DNA of 64,000 bases from Phyllobates terribilis (lineage: Eukaryota): contig NW_027362761.1 of assembly GCF_046119375.1 (NCBI RefSeq), positions 1,116,434,001 through 1,116,498,000 of the forward strand, given 5' to 3'. A model generated the notes under the pieces. That model had not been told where the DNA came from. It saw nothing but the letters and a program-made list of their open reading frames with translations, and searched no databases. The first letter of the stretch is position 1. Every line of letters starts with the position of its first letter. The position numbers and the translations under genes were made by a program. Positions 12,307 to 23,773 of this stretch are shown one piece after another.

Positions 12307-12458
12307 CCCAACCCCAACACAACCCTAACCCTAGCCCTAACCGTATCCCTAACACAACCCTAACCCTAATCATAACCGTAACCCTAACACAACCTAACCC
12401 TAACACAACCCCAACCCTAATCATAACCCTAACATAACCCTAACACAACCCTAACCCT
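12307..12458. repeat. Degenerate (CCCTAA)n telomere-like tract
   Basis: Many CCCTAA/ACCCTA hexamers mixed with CACAA and CATAA variants. Confidence 0.8.
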
Positions 12459-13687
12459 GGAAAAAAAATATTTTTTTTATTTTATTATTTTTATTTACCT
12501 AGAGGGGGGACAAAAGGGGGTTTGATTTATTATTTTTTTTTATTTTGATCACTGTGATAGGGTTTATGGTTTAGGGTTTATCACAGTGATCAAAATGAAC
12601 CAATAGGGAAAATTCCCTGTTGTTGCCGGGCACTGCGCATGCACCCGCCATTTTTTTTCTGCCACAAGATGCAGGAGGCAGGGGGAGGATCCGGGGGGTG
12701 ATCAGAGGATTGCGGAGGTAACGGGTGGGCTCGGGGGGCTTAATTTCTCTCTTCTGACATTTACATCATGTCAGAGAGAGAAATGATTGTAAACTGAGGG
12801 CACACTTTTTTTTGTGATCACCGCTATTCGGTGAATAACGGCGATCACGTCACAGGGGACCGTAAAAACTTGATCATGTTCTCCAGGGTCTCAGCTACCC
12901 CCGGTAGAATTTCTGACTCTGGGGGGCGCTACAGGCTTATTCCTGAGCGACGCACGGAATAAGTACCCTTAACTGCTGCCGTGAAAATGCGTTACAGAAG
13001 TCGTTAAGGGGTTATATGGTTTTCAAAAGCATAGTTGATTGCACATCAATAAGAGGGGATCCCCCCACCCCAAAGACATGCCTGGGGTATGTAGAACTTA
13101 TGGTCAACTCGAGTGGTCCTTGTATACATGTCGGAACAGGGAAATCTTCCTCAAGAAACTCAGTTGATGAGATAATTCCTTTAATATGCAGTCAAGAATC
13201 ATAAACTTTCTTAATCAATGTGGTAAAGCATTTATACAGACCGATTGATAAAAGATGGCCCATACCATCCACAAAACTACACTTTGACGTTATATGTAAG
13301 TAGTAATGTATGGATGTGACTTTACAATTATCGAATTACAAGAGGACCTTCCCCCTGAGTGCACAAAGCTCTTATCACACCCACATTGGTCCTTTTACAC
13401 TAAAAAGATGAGCGCCTGACAATAAAACACTAATAACTCACAGATCAAATGATCTTTATGTTGATGCACTAGGAATAGTGTACTCCATTTTTCACCGGCT
13501 TTCCCTGCTGCAGGCTCTGTCTCTAATTTTAGCTGTATCTGAACTGGTGTGTGGTGGAGACTAGTTGCTACCATGTTTCCCATACACAGCACACACAGAG
13601 ACATGAGGCATTCCTGCTCTCCTGTCTATATACACTGCTCAAAAAAATAAAGGGAACACTAAAATAACAGAATATAACTCCAAGTTA

Positions 13688-14546
13688 GGCTATGTGCCCA
13701 TGATGCAGAAATGCTCCGGATTTTTTCCTGAGCGTTTCTGCATGTCCCTGGCAGAAAAAACGCATGCGGATTGTACATGCGGACTGTACATGCGGATTGT
13801 ACATGCGTTTTTCCTGCCAGGGACATGCGGAGGTGAAGCGTTCTTCACATGCATTTCCGCATGCGGGTTGTCAAGCGCTTTCCAAGCGATTTTAGCATCA
13901 CTTGGAAAGTGCTTGACAACTTGGTCACACTATATAAATCCATGCAACCGGCATGGATTTATATAGTGTGACCGAAAGAATGGTAAAAAATAAATGTATA
14001 CTTACCTTCTGATGGCCCCCGGCGTCCTTGTCTTGGCTTGCCGGCAGTTTGCGGTAGACTAAAGGACCTGCCAACGTCAGCGGTCGCGTGACCCGTCACA
14101 TGACTAAATGATGTCATGGCAGGTCCTTTTCAGACCATCGAGAGCTGCCGGCAAGCCAGGACGCATCGCTAAGGACACCGGGGGCCATCAGAAGGTAAGT
14201 ATAATGTATATTTTTTATTTTATTCTTTTTTTTACAGGTACTATGGTACCCGGGTCCGGAGGAGAGTCTCCTCTTCTCCAAACATTGAAATGCATGGAAT
14301 CCACATCTGCAGATGCAGTGATGCGGATTCCATGCGTTCCAATGCAAGTCAATGGAGGCGAAAACGCTGCGCTTCCGCAAAATAATTGGTAGTGCTGCGG
14401 ATTTTTCCGCAATGATAATCCCCAGCGGAAATTTCCGCAGCATGTGCACAGTACATGCGCATTACCAATGGGGAACATGGCAGACCTTCTACCAAGCGTT
14501 TTTAAGCATTTCTGCAGTGGAATTGCCGCATAGTGGGCACACAGCC
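13688..14546. mobile_element. PIF/Harbinger-type MITE nested in Tc1 copy A
   Basis: TTA|GGCTATGTGCCCA ... TGGGCACACAGCC|TAA, inserted into ccaag-taa-atc (intact in copy B). Confidence 0.85.
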
Positions 14547-14790
14547 TAAATCAAACTTCTGTGAAATCAAACTGTCCACTTAGGAAGCAACACTGATTGA
14601 CAATCAATTTCACATTCTGTTGTGCAAATGGAATAGACAATAGATGGAAATTATTGGCAATTATCAAGACACCCTCAATATAGGAGTGGTTCTGCAGGTG
14701 GGGACCACAGACCACATCTCAGTACCAATGTTTTCTGGCTGATGTTTGGTCACTTTTGAATGTTGGTTGTGCTTTCACACTCGTGGTAGC

Positions 14791-15815
14791 ATGAGACGGA
14801 CTCTACAACCCACAGAAGTTGCTCAGGTAGTGCAGCTCATCCAGGATGGCACATCAATGCGAGCTGTGTCAAGAAGGTTTGCTGTGTCTGTCAGCGTAGT
14901 GTCCAGAGGCTGGAGGCGCTACCAGGAGACAGGCCAGTACACCAGGAGACGTGGAGGGGCCGTAGGAGGGCAACAACCCAGCAGCAGGACCGCTACCTCC
15001 GCCTTTGTGCAAGGAGGAACAGGAGGAGCACTGCCAGAGCCCTGCAAAATGACCTCCAGCAGGCCACAAAGGTGCATGTGTCTGCACAAACGGTTAGAAA
15101 CTGACTCCATGAGGGTGGTATGAGGGCCTGACTTCCACAGATGGGGGTTGTGCTCACAGCCCAACACCATGCAGGATGCTTGGCATTTGACACAGAACAC
15201 CAGGATTGGCAAAGTCGCCACTGGCTCCCTGTGCTCTTCACAGATGAAAGCAGGTTCACACTGAGCACATGTGACAGACGTGACAGAGTCTGGAGACGCC
15301 GTGGAGAGCGATCTGCTGCCTGCAACATCCTTCAGCATGACCGGTTTGGCAGTGGGTCAGTAATGGTGTGGGGTGGCATTTCTTTGGAGGGCCGCACAGC
15401 CCTCCATGTGCTCGCCAGAGGTAGCCTGACTGCCACTAGGTACTGAGATGAGATCCTCAGGCCCCTTGTGAGACAATATCCTGGTGCAGTGGGCCCTGGG
15501 TTCCTCCTAATGCAGGACAATGCCAGACCTCATGTGGCTGGAGTGTGTCAGCAGTTCCTACAAGATGAAGGCATTGAAGCTATGGACTGGCCCACCCGTT
15601 CCCCAGACCTGAATCCGATTGAGCACATCTGGGACATCCTATCTCGCTCCATCCACCAATGTCAGGTTGCACCACAGACTGTCCAGGAGTTGGCGGATGC
15701 TTTAGTCCAGGTCTGGGAGGAGATCCCACAGGAGACCATCCGCAACCTCATCAGGAGCATGCCCAAGCGTTGTACGGAGGTCATACAGGCACGTGGAGGC
15801 CACACACAATACTGA
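14791..15815 (+). pseudogene. Tc1 transposase pseudogene (copy A)
   Basis: [12 protein letters not shown]..., VLFTDESRF, LMQDNARPH-(34 aa)-SPDLNPIEHIW, ..RGGHTQY; broken by frameshifts and stops. Confidence 0.9.
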
Positions 15816-17178
15816 GCCTTATTTTGACTTGTTTTAAGGACATTACATCAAAGTTGGATCAGCCTGTAGTGTGTTTTTCCACTTTAATTTTGGGGGTGAC
15901 TCCAAATCCAGGCCTCCATTGTTTAATAAATTTGATTTCCATTGATGATGTTTGTGTGATATTGTTGTCAGCACATTCAACTTTGTACAGAACAAAGTAT
16001 TCAATGAGAATATTTCATTCATTCAGATCTAGGATGTTTTATTTGAGTGTTCCCTTTATTTTTTTGAGCTGTGTATATTGCACATATTCAGAAACACAAC
16101 AAAAATGGGGGAAACTATACGGCAGTACTGAGCCTCGTAGCTGTGACTCTAGCTCAGATGGGATATCTGTCTTGCTGCCTGTTTCACTCTGCCGCTCCAC
16201 TTCTTCTCTGCAAAGACTTCAATAGGCATCTGAAATCTGACACCTCAATGGTCTTGTAATACTTCTTGTCTTGAGCAAGACAGATTTAAACAAGTTTTCA
16301 GAGTGGATGGTGAGTTCAGGAAGCAAGGGGAGAGAAAGTGGCTAATTAGTGGAGAAAAAAAGCAGAATTCGATGATAAATATATATTACAAAGTTTCTTA
16401 TATTCAGTTTTTCTATTGCTTTATGCTAGATTAAATATTGTTTCAACCAATGCGTCTTTAGGAAATACCAACCACATCACTATAGGATATAAAGATGCGG
16501 CACTGTCATCTGAGCTCTGATGTGTGAGGGGACCCAAAGGCCATCTACCACATAAGAGGGTACCAGTATTATAAATGGTATTGTATGTAAAGGGAACATT
16601 TTATGTACATGGCAAATACATGTGCTGTAAGCTGTATAGCAGCATACAACATCCCCTGCGGCTCCATACTACGAAGATTCAGGGACTCACCATACCGCTG
16701 CATGACGTTCATAAGGCAGAAAAGCTTGTTGAACATAGCTTTGTACCAAATCCATTGAAGATACAGAATACATTGGGACAGTAAGATGTGATGTCATTGT
16801 TTGCTATGACTGTGTGCTCGCTGCTTTGGCCCATAGACAGGAGAACCATTCATGGTACCAGTCTCTATGACATTCATGAGCCCTAACAGCAGATATGGAA
16901 ACAGGTTGTCCAGATGGCTCAACCGCTGTCAGACAAAATGACTTGATCTGGTATCATATGAAGGCCGGTGCTCTATCTAATGACTGGGATAGGAATCTTT
17001 TTGAAACCATTTAGCTTCCAGCCCAGAACTGCACTACCGACGTTACCTTCACACCAACGTGGGGGGAGACCCTGCGTGAGTACACTGTTGGCCACAATGA
17101 CGATTTTATGCAGCTTTCTCATTTCCTCCCTTATCTTTCCCCCGCTCTAGAACATTGCCACTGTAATTCTCGTCTTTA

Positions 17179-17664
17179 GGCTATGTTCACACACGTTGTG
17201 TTTTTTTCTGCAGCTAAATCTGCTGACAACTTTTCCCTGGCAGGAAAACAGCTGCATCAAAAATGCAGATTTTCCTGCGTTTTTTGATGCATTTTTTTCA
17301 CTGTCCTTTTGCCTCTAAATAGGCATGTACATAAAGTTCTGTGAAAAAAAAAAAGAATCCCATTCTATTTTGCCATAAAAAAACATTGCAAAATGCGCAG
17401 GTGCGTTTTTTGCTGCGTTTTTTTCACCACCCATTACTTCCTATGGGTGAAAAAAACGCTGCAAAAACGCTGAAAGAAGTGACATGCTCTATTTTCTAAA
17501 AAAGCAAGCAAGGCAGATAATACGCAGCAAACAAAAAGCAACATGTGTGAGCAGATAATTCTGGTTTCTCATAGACTTTGCTGGTACTGCCAGACGCAGC
17601 TGAAAATTTGCATAAAAATCTGCAGCAAAATACGCAGCAAAACACAACGTGTGTGAACCTAGCC
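17179..17664. mobile_element. PIF/Harbinger-type MITE
   Basis: TTA|GGCTATGTTCACAC ... GTGTGAACCTAGCC|TTA; matching TSD. Confidence 0.8.
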
Positions 17665-17723
17665 TTACTGTTTACGTAAGATTTGGCACCCCGCTTTTTC
17701 ACCATGCAAAGATATTCAATATA

Positions 17724-19306
17724 CACTGCTCAAAAAAATAAAATAACTCAAATAACACATCCTAGATCTGAATTAATGAAATATTCTCATTGAATACTTT
17801 GTTCTGTACAAAGTTGAATGTGCTGACAACAAAATCACACAAAAATCATCAATGGAAATCAAATTTATTAACCAATGGAGGCCTGGATTTGGAGTCACCT
17901 CCAAAATTAAAGTGGAAAAACACACTACAGGCTGATCCAACTTTGATGTAATGTCCTTAAAACAAGTCAAAATGAGGCTCAGTATTGTGTGTGGCCTCCA
18001 CGTGCCTGTATGACCTCCCTACAATGCCTGGGCATGCTCCTGATGAGGTTGCGGATGGTCTACTGTGGGATCTCCTCCCAGACCTGGACTAAAGCATCCG
18101 CCAACTCCTGGACAGTCTGTGGTGCAACGTGACATTGGTGGATGGAGCGAGACATGATGACCCAGATGTGCTCAATCGGATTCAGGTCTGGGGAACGGGC
18201 GGGCCAGTCCATAGCTTCAATGCCTTCATCTTGCAGGAACTGCTGACACACTCCAGCCACATGAGGTCTGGCATTGTCCTGCATTAGGAGGAACCCAAGG
18301 CCAGCCGCACCAGCATATGGTCTCACAAGGGGTCTGAGGATCTCATCTCGGTACTTAATGGCAGTCAGGCTACCTCTGGCGAGCACATAGAGGGCTGTGC
18401 ATCCCTCCAAAGAAATGCCAGGCCACACCATTACTGACCCACTGCCAAACCGGTCATGCTGAAGGATGTTGCAGGTAGCAGATCGCTCTCCACGGCGTCT
18501 CCAGACTCTGTCACGTCTACGTCTGTCACATGTGCTCAGTGTGACGCTGCTTTCATCTGTGAAAAGCACAGGGCGCCAGTGGCGACTTTGCCAATCCTGG
18601 TGTTCTGTGGCAAATGCCAAGCGTCCTGCACGGTGTTGGGCTGTGAGCACAACCCCATCTGGAGACATCGGGCCCTCATACCACCCTCATGGAGTTGGTT
18701 TCTAACCGTTTGTGCAGACACATGCACATTTGTGGCCTGCTGGAGGTCATTTTGCAGGGCTCTTGCAGTGCTCCTCCTGTTCCTCCTTGCACAAAGGCAG
18801 AGGTAGTGGTCCTGCTGCTGGGTTGTTGCCCTTATACGACCCCCTCCACGTCTCCTGGTGCACTGGCCAGTCTCCTGATAGCGCCTCCAGCCTCTGGACA
18901 CTACGCTGACAGACACAGCAAACCTTCTTGCCACAACTCGCATTGATGTGCCATCCTGGATGAGCTGCACTACCTGAGCAACTTCTGTGGGTTGTAGAGT
19001 CCGTCTCATGCTACCACGAGTGTGAAAGCACAACCAACATTCAAAAGTGACCAAAACATCAGCCAGAAAGCATTGGTACTGAGATGTGGTCTGTTTTCCC
19101 CACCTGCAGAACCACTCCTTTATTGAGGATGTCTTAATAATTGCCAATAATTTCCATCTATTGTCTATTCCATTTGCACAACAGCATGTGAAATTGATTG
19201 TCAATCAGTGTTGCTTCCTAAGTGGACAGTTTGATTTCACAGAAGTTTGATTTACTTGGAGTTACATTCTGTGGTTTAAGTGTTCTTTTTATTTTTTTGA
19301 GCAGTG
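17724..19306 (-). mobile_element. Tc1-like transposon (DD34E), copy B, 1583 bp
   Basis: TA|CACTGCTCAAAAAAATAA ... TTATTTTTTTGAGCAGTG|TA; same family as copy A, opposite orientation. Confidence 0.92.
17979..19009 (-). pseudogene. Tc1 transposase pseudogene (copy B)
   Basis: ATG at 19009 to TGA at 17979 is 1031 nt (frameshifted), with an internal TAG; DD34E motifs present. Confidence 0.9.
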
Positions 19307-19365
19307 TATTTGGATATATTTCAGTGTTTGTTACATTGGGATACTAATATGGAATAACACTGTAA

Positions 19366-21337
19366 TCTATAATATAACCGGGGATGCGGGTCTTTGTCCG
19401 AAGCCTCGATAGACTGCGTATGCGTGACGTGCAGTCTGGCTCCAGACAGAAGACCGCATCCAGCCGTTACAGGTAAGAGGAGGTGTATGGTGTCGGAGCT
19501 TGTGGTATGCGTAGGCACTGAACGCACACTGCGATCTCCGGCGCCATACTTACCTGACCGGGAAGAGCGTTGTCGCGGCGCCTCTCTTCAGCGGAGACCG
19601 GGGGCGGAGTGAGACGTCGGATTGGCGCGTGCGCATAGCGCTATCCGGCGCCATTTTACTGAAGACACATTTACAGTGTGTCTTCAGCAAAATGGCGTCC
19701 GACAGCGCGGTGCACGGTCGCCGCACTCCTCCCCCGGCCTCCGGCAGAACAGGACGCTGCAGCGCTGGAGTACAGAGAAGAAAGGTGAGTATAACTGTAT
19801 ATTTTTTTGGGGATGTGTGTATAGTGGGGGGGTGAGGGTTGCCACGCATACCAGGATTAGGGGAGCCATGCATACCAGAATAGGGATGAGGGGAGCCATG
19901 CATACCAGAATAAGGATGAGGGGTGCCACGCATACCGGGATTGGGGATGAGGGGTGACACGCATACCAGGATTGGGGATGAGGGGTGCCACGCATACCAG
20001 GATTGGGGATGAGGGGTGCCACGCATACCAAAATAGGGATGAGGGGTGACACGCATACCGGGATTGGGGATGAGGGGTGCCACGCATACCGGGATTGGGG
20101 ATTAGCAGTGCCACGCATACCGGGATTGGGGATTAGCGGTGCCACGCATACCGGGATTGGGGATGAGGGGTGCCACGCATAATGGGATTGGGGATGAGGG
20201 GAGCCACGCATACCGGGATTGGGGATGAGGGGAGCCACGCATACCAGGATTGGGGATGAGGGGTGCCACGCATACCAGGATTGGGGATGAGGGGTGCCAC
20301 AATACCAGGATTGGGGATGAGGGGTGCCACGCATACCGGGATTGGGGATGAGGGGTGCCACGCATACCAGGATTGGGGATGAGGGGTGCCACGCATACCA
20401 GGATTGGGGATGAGGGGTGCCACAATACCGGGATTGGGGATGAGGGGTGCCACGCATACCGGGATTGGGGATGAGGGGTGCCACGCATACCAGGATTGGG
20501 GATGAGGGGTGCCACGCATACCAGGATTGGGGATGAGGGGTGCCACGCATACCAGGATTGGGGATGAGGGGTGCCACGCATACCAGGATTGGGGATGAGG
20601 GGTGCCACGCATACCAGGATTGGGGATGAGGGGTGCCACGCATACCAGGATTGGGGATGAGGGGTGACACGCATACCGGGATTGGGGATGAGGGGTGACA
20701 CGCATACCGGGATTGGGGATGAGGGGTGACACGCATACCGGGATTGGGGATAAGGGGTGCCATGCATACCAGGATTGGGGATGAGGGGTGCGATGCATAC
20801 CAGAATAGGGATGAGGGGTGCCACGCATACCAGGATTGGGGATGAGGGGTGCCACGCATACCAGGATTGGGGATGAGGGGTGCCACGCATACCAAAATAG
20901 GGATGAGGGGTGACACGCATACCGTGATTGGGGATGAGGGGTGACACGCATACCGGGATTGGGGATGAGGGGTGCCACGCAAACCGGGATTGGGGATGAG
21001 GGGTGCCACGCATACCGGGATTGGAGATGAGGGGTGCCAAGCATCCCGGGATTGGGGATGAGGGGTGCCATGCATAATGGGATTGGGGATGAGGGGTGCC
21101 ATGCATAATGGGATTGGGGATGAGGGGAGCCACGCATACCGGGATTGGGGATGAGGGGTGACACGCATACCAGGATTGGGGATGAGGGGTGACACGCATA
21201 CCAGGATTGGGGATGAGAGGTGCCACAATACCAGGATTGGGGATGAGGGGTGCCACGCATACCGGGATAGGATGGTGGGGGCAGCACAAATAAAAATGCT
21301 CGCCACCCCGGCGTAGAACGGGTGGTTCATTAGCTAG
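19366..21337 (+). mobile_element. Non-autonomous Helitron carrying a 31-bp tandem array
   Basis: A|TCTATAATATAA 5' end; 3' hairpin CCACCC..GGGTGG then CTAG|T; no TSD. Confidence 0.75.
19841..21268. repeat. 31-bp G-rich minisatellite, about 46 copies
   Basis: Unit GCCACGCATACCRGGATTGGGGATGAGGGGT. Confidence 0.95.
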
Positions 21338-21349
21338 TACTTTTATAAC

Positions 21350-21800
21350 TATGTATGGCTATTTCTCCAAAATGTCCCAGGAGCAGTTTTTTCAACATGA
21401 CGTCAGGCTGCATATCGCTCGTGCTACTGTGAGCGGCCCGCATGGGCTAAACGTGCTACCATGGCCTGCAGCGTCTCTGGACTTGTCTCCCTTCGAGCAA
21501 ATCTGTGACTTCATTGGTCGACAATTGCCAAAGGGATTTTGAATAATTTGAGTGACCAAGTGCATTCTGTGAGGCAGAACATTCCTCGGAAAACTATTAA
21601 TGACGCCATTGATAGCAGCTAAGGTGTGTATGTTTTCTGCATGTGGCGCTCATACTTGATGCTGAATAAATTAAGATGTTTTGAATATTTTGTTTCCATT
21701 TTTTCATCATTTCCATATCATTAACATGTCTATCCATACCCTGATTTTCATAGTTCCCCGTCTTTTCATTTTTTTGATGCTGCAAGGTCAATGTTGAGGG
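21350..21800 (+). mobile_element. Old Tc1 remnant (transposase C-terminus)
   Basis: FQHDVRLHIARATV...LPWPAASLDLSPFEQICD resembles QDNARPH...WPAxSPDLxPIE. Confidence 0.6.
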
Positions 21801-22339
21801 GTGTATGAACCAAGGTGGACCAAACCCTTAAGCATTCAGTGTAATCTTCACAAAGTTTAATCCCTATCACTGCGTAATCTTTGCCGTCTTTGCACTGTTT
21901 AAATCTCTAGGTTAAAGGTTAATATCATGCAATGTTTTATCTTTAGGAACACTCCCAAGATGTGTTTTCCAGAGTATATCATAGAATATTGGGTTACGAT
22001 CAACCCATCGTATGCCAAATTTTGTTTTTTATTGCAGTGTAACATCAAATAAGATGGTAAAGACAGATTAGATAAAGGGCATCTATCATGTTATTACCAA
22101 ACCTGACCACAGATAACTTCTAAATCACGATGTTGCTGGCTCTTGTTCACATCTGCATTGGAGCCTCAGTGGTAGAATTTTTACCATAAGAAATAGTGCA
22201 ACATGTGAAGTGAGGAACAGCATGACAAAAATCTGATAAACCCCAATGGAACAGAATACAAAAAACATAAGTCTTCAACACAGATGTCAAGTAAGTCTCA
22301 ATACAGTGTTAACTTGACTCTACTGACCTTACTATGTAT

Positions 22340-23120
22340 GAGGACCCCATCCAATGTATTCCTATTTAAAGACGCAGGGTAGTTTTCGGTTTACTAAGAC
22401 ACATAAAAGTTGGCAATGCTCTACTGATTCAGTAACTGCAGAGTTTCAAAGCTCCTGGAATCAACATCAGCACAAAAATTGTGCGCTGGGAACTTCATGG
22501 AAAGGGTTTACATGGCGGAGCAGCTGCATGCAAGTCTTTCATCACCAAGCACAATGCCAGGCGTCCGATGCAATGGCATAGAGAAGCAGCCACTGCTCTC
22601 TGGAGTGGTGGAAATGTGTTCTGTGGAGTCATGGACCACGCTTGAAACCTGCCTAACTGCATTGTGCCAGCTGTATAGTTTTGTGGTGGAGGAATAAGGT
22701 CATACAGTTTTTTGCTTGGCCTAGACCCAAAACATATTAAGTAATTTTATACTTCCATCTTTGTGGAAGGCCCTCTTCTGTTCTCCATGACATTGTCTCA
22801 GTGCACAAAGCAAGGTCCATAAAGTCATGGTTGGGGGAGTTTGGGGTGGAAGGACAAAAACACATCAACCACATCCAACACCTTTGGGATGAACAAAATC
22901 AAAGATTGTGAACCCAGTCATCTCCTCCAACATCAGTGTCTGACCTCACAAACGATCTTTCAGATGAATGGGAGAAAAATTCCGACAGACCTCCAAAATC
23001 TTACAAAAAGCCTTCCCATAAGAGGGGAGGTTAAGAAGGTGGAACAGACTCCTTATTAATAAACTAGAACGTCAAAAGCTCCAGCTGCGGATGTGTAGGT
23101 GTCACAATACTATTGTCCAT
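22340..23120 (+). mobile_element. Old Tc1 remnant
   Basis: Degraded segments resembling EQWKCVLWSDES and PDLNPIEHLWDE; boundaries approximate. Confidence 0.5.
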
Positions 23121-23538
23121 CAATGAGCAGTGGACATACAGTACACGTCCCTGTCACCCGTTCATCAGTTGTCCCTCCTTGGCCCATTTTCGGAAGCTAC
23201 AACCAATACACACAGGAATATCACACAAGACCTGATGTTTTGGAGAAGTTCTGATCCAGTTGTTTAGCTATCACAATTTAGGCCTTGTCAAAGTTGCTCA
23301 TATCCTAAGACATGCCGATTTTTCCTGCTTCTAATGACCGTTCCCTCGCAGCCTACTCTATGGCCAGTCCTGGGGCATAGAGCCCCTTCTCATATATCGG
23401 CAGAATCGGACTACACTCAGCTGAATAGGAGGCTTCAGTACTTCCCATTAAACAGTAACTTGTTAGCACATGTAGCGTCTATGACTTTATTGACAGGTGT
23501 TCGGCTCTGAGTCACAGGACACAAGTGCGGGCAGCCGG

Positions 23539-23544
23539 TTTATT
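23539..23544 (-). terminator. Candidate ZCCHC4 polyadenylation signal AATAAA
   Basis: tttatt on plus strand 115 nt past the stop; a second candidate is at 23486-23491. Confidence 0.5.
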
Positions 23545-23658
23545 AGTTACAAAGCTCAAGTAGAAATAAAAATGTTCAAACACAAAAGGAACAAAACAGC
23601 AGAAAGTCCTAAATAAGGACAGACTGTGCCTGATGTTATGTAAGGGAACATATTGCAC

Positions 23659-23773
23659 TCAGGACGCAGGTTTCTTCTTCTTCCTTTGTCTCTTTTTTTT
23701 CTTCCAGCTAGCAGGAATTTGTGATGCTTTCTTTGTTTTTACTGTTAGATTTCTTTTGCTCGGATTTTGCTGT
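23659..23773 (-). CDS. ZCCHC4: ZCCHC4 exon 13 (terminal, Lys-rich tail)
   Basis: Pyrimidine tract + cag acceptor, correct phase 2; [40 protein letters not shown]. Poorly conserved region, so identified by phase, composition and the downstream AATAAA. Confidence 0.8.

Larger units (their letters stand above)
9750..13011. mobile_element. piggyBac-type non-autonomous element hosting nested inserts
   Basis: TTAA|CCCCTTAAGGAC ... GTCGTTAAGGGG|TTAT; internal sequence homologous to 42287-44997; no transposase. Confidence 0.75.
13633..16073 (+). mobile_element. Tc1-like transposon (DD34E), copy A, with an inserted MITE
   Basis: TA|CACTGCTCAAAAAAATAAAGGGAACACT ... AGTGTTCCCTTTATTTTTTTGAGCTGTG|TA. 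Confidence 0.92.

Noticed and set aside
16690-16745. Exon-like segment with a gtgagt donor (minus strand) between the Tc1 copies
   Set aside because: Weak acceptor and no recognisable protein in any frame.
19546-19556. ATACTTACCTG, identical to the U1 snRNA 5' end
   Set aside because: The following sequence does not match U1; it is the reverse complement of a consensus splice donor within a Helitron.
19684-21330. 548/395/384-aa Pro-rich ORFs
   Set aside because: Three-frame translations of the 31-bp Helitron array.
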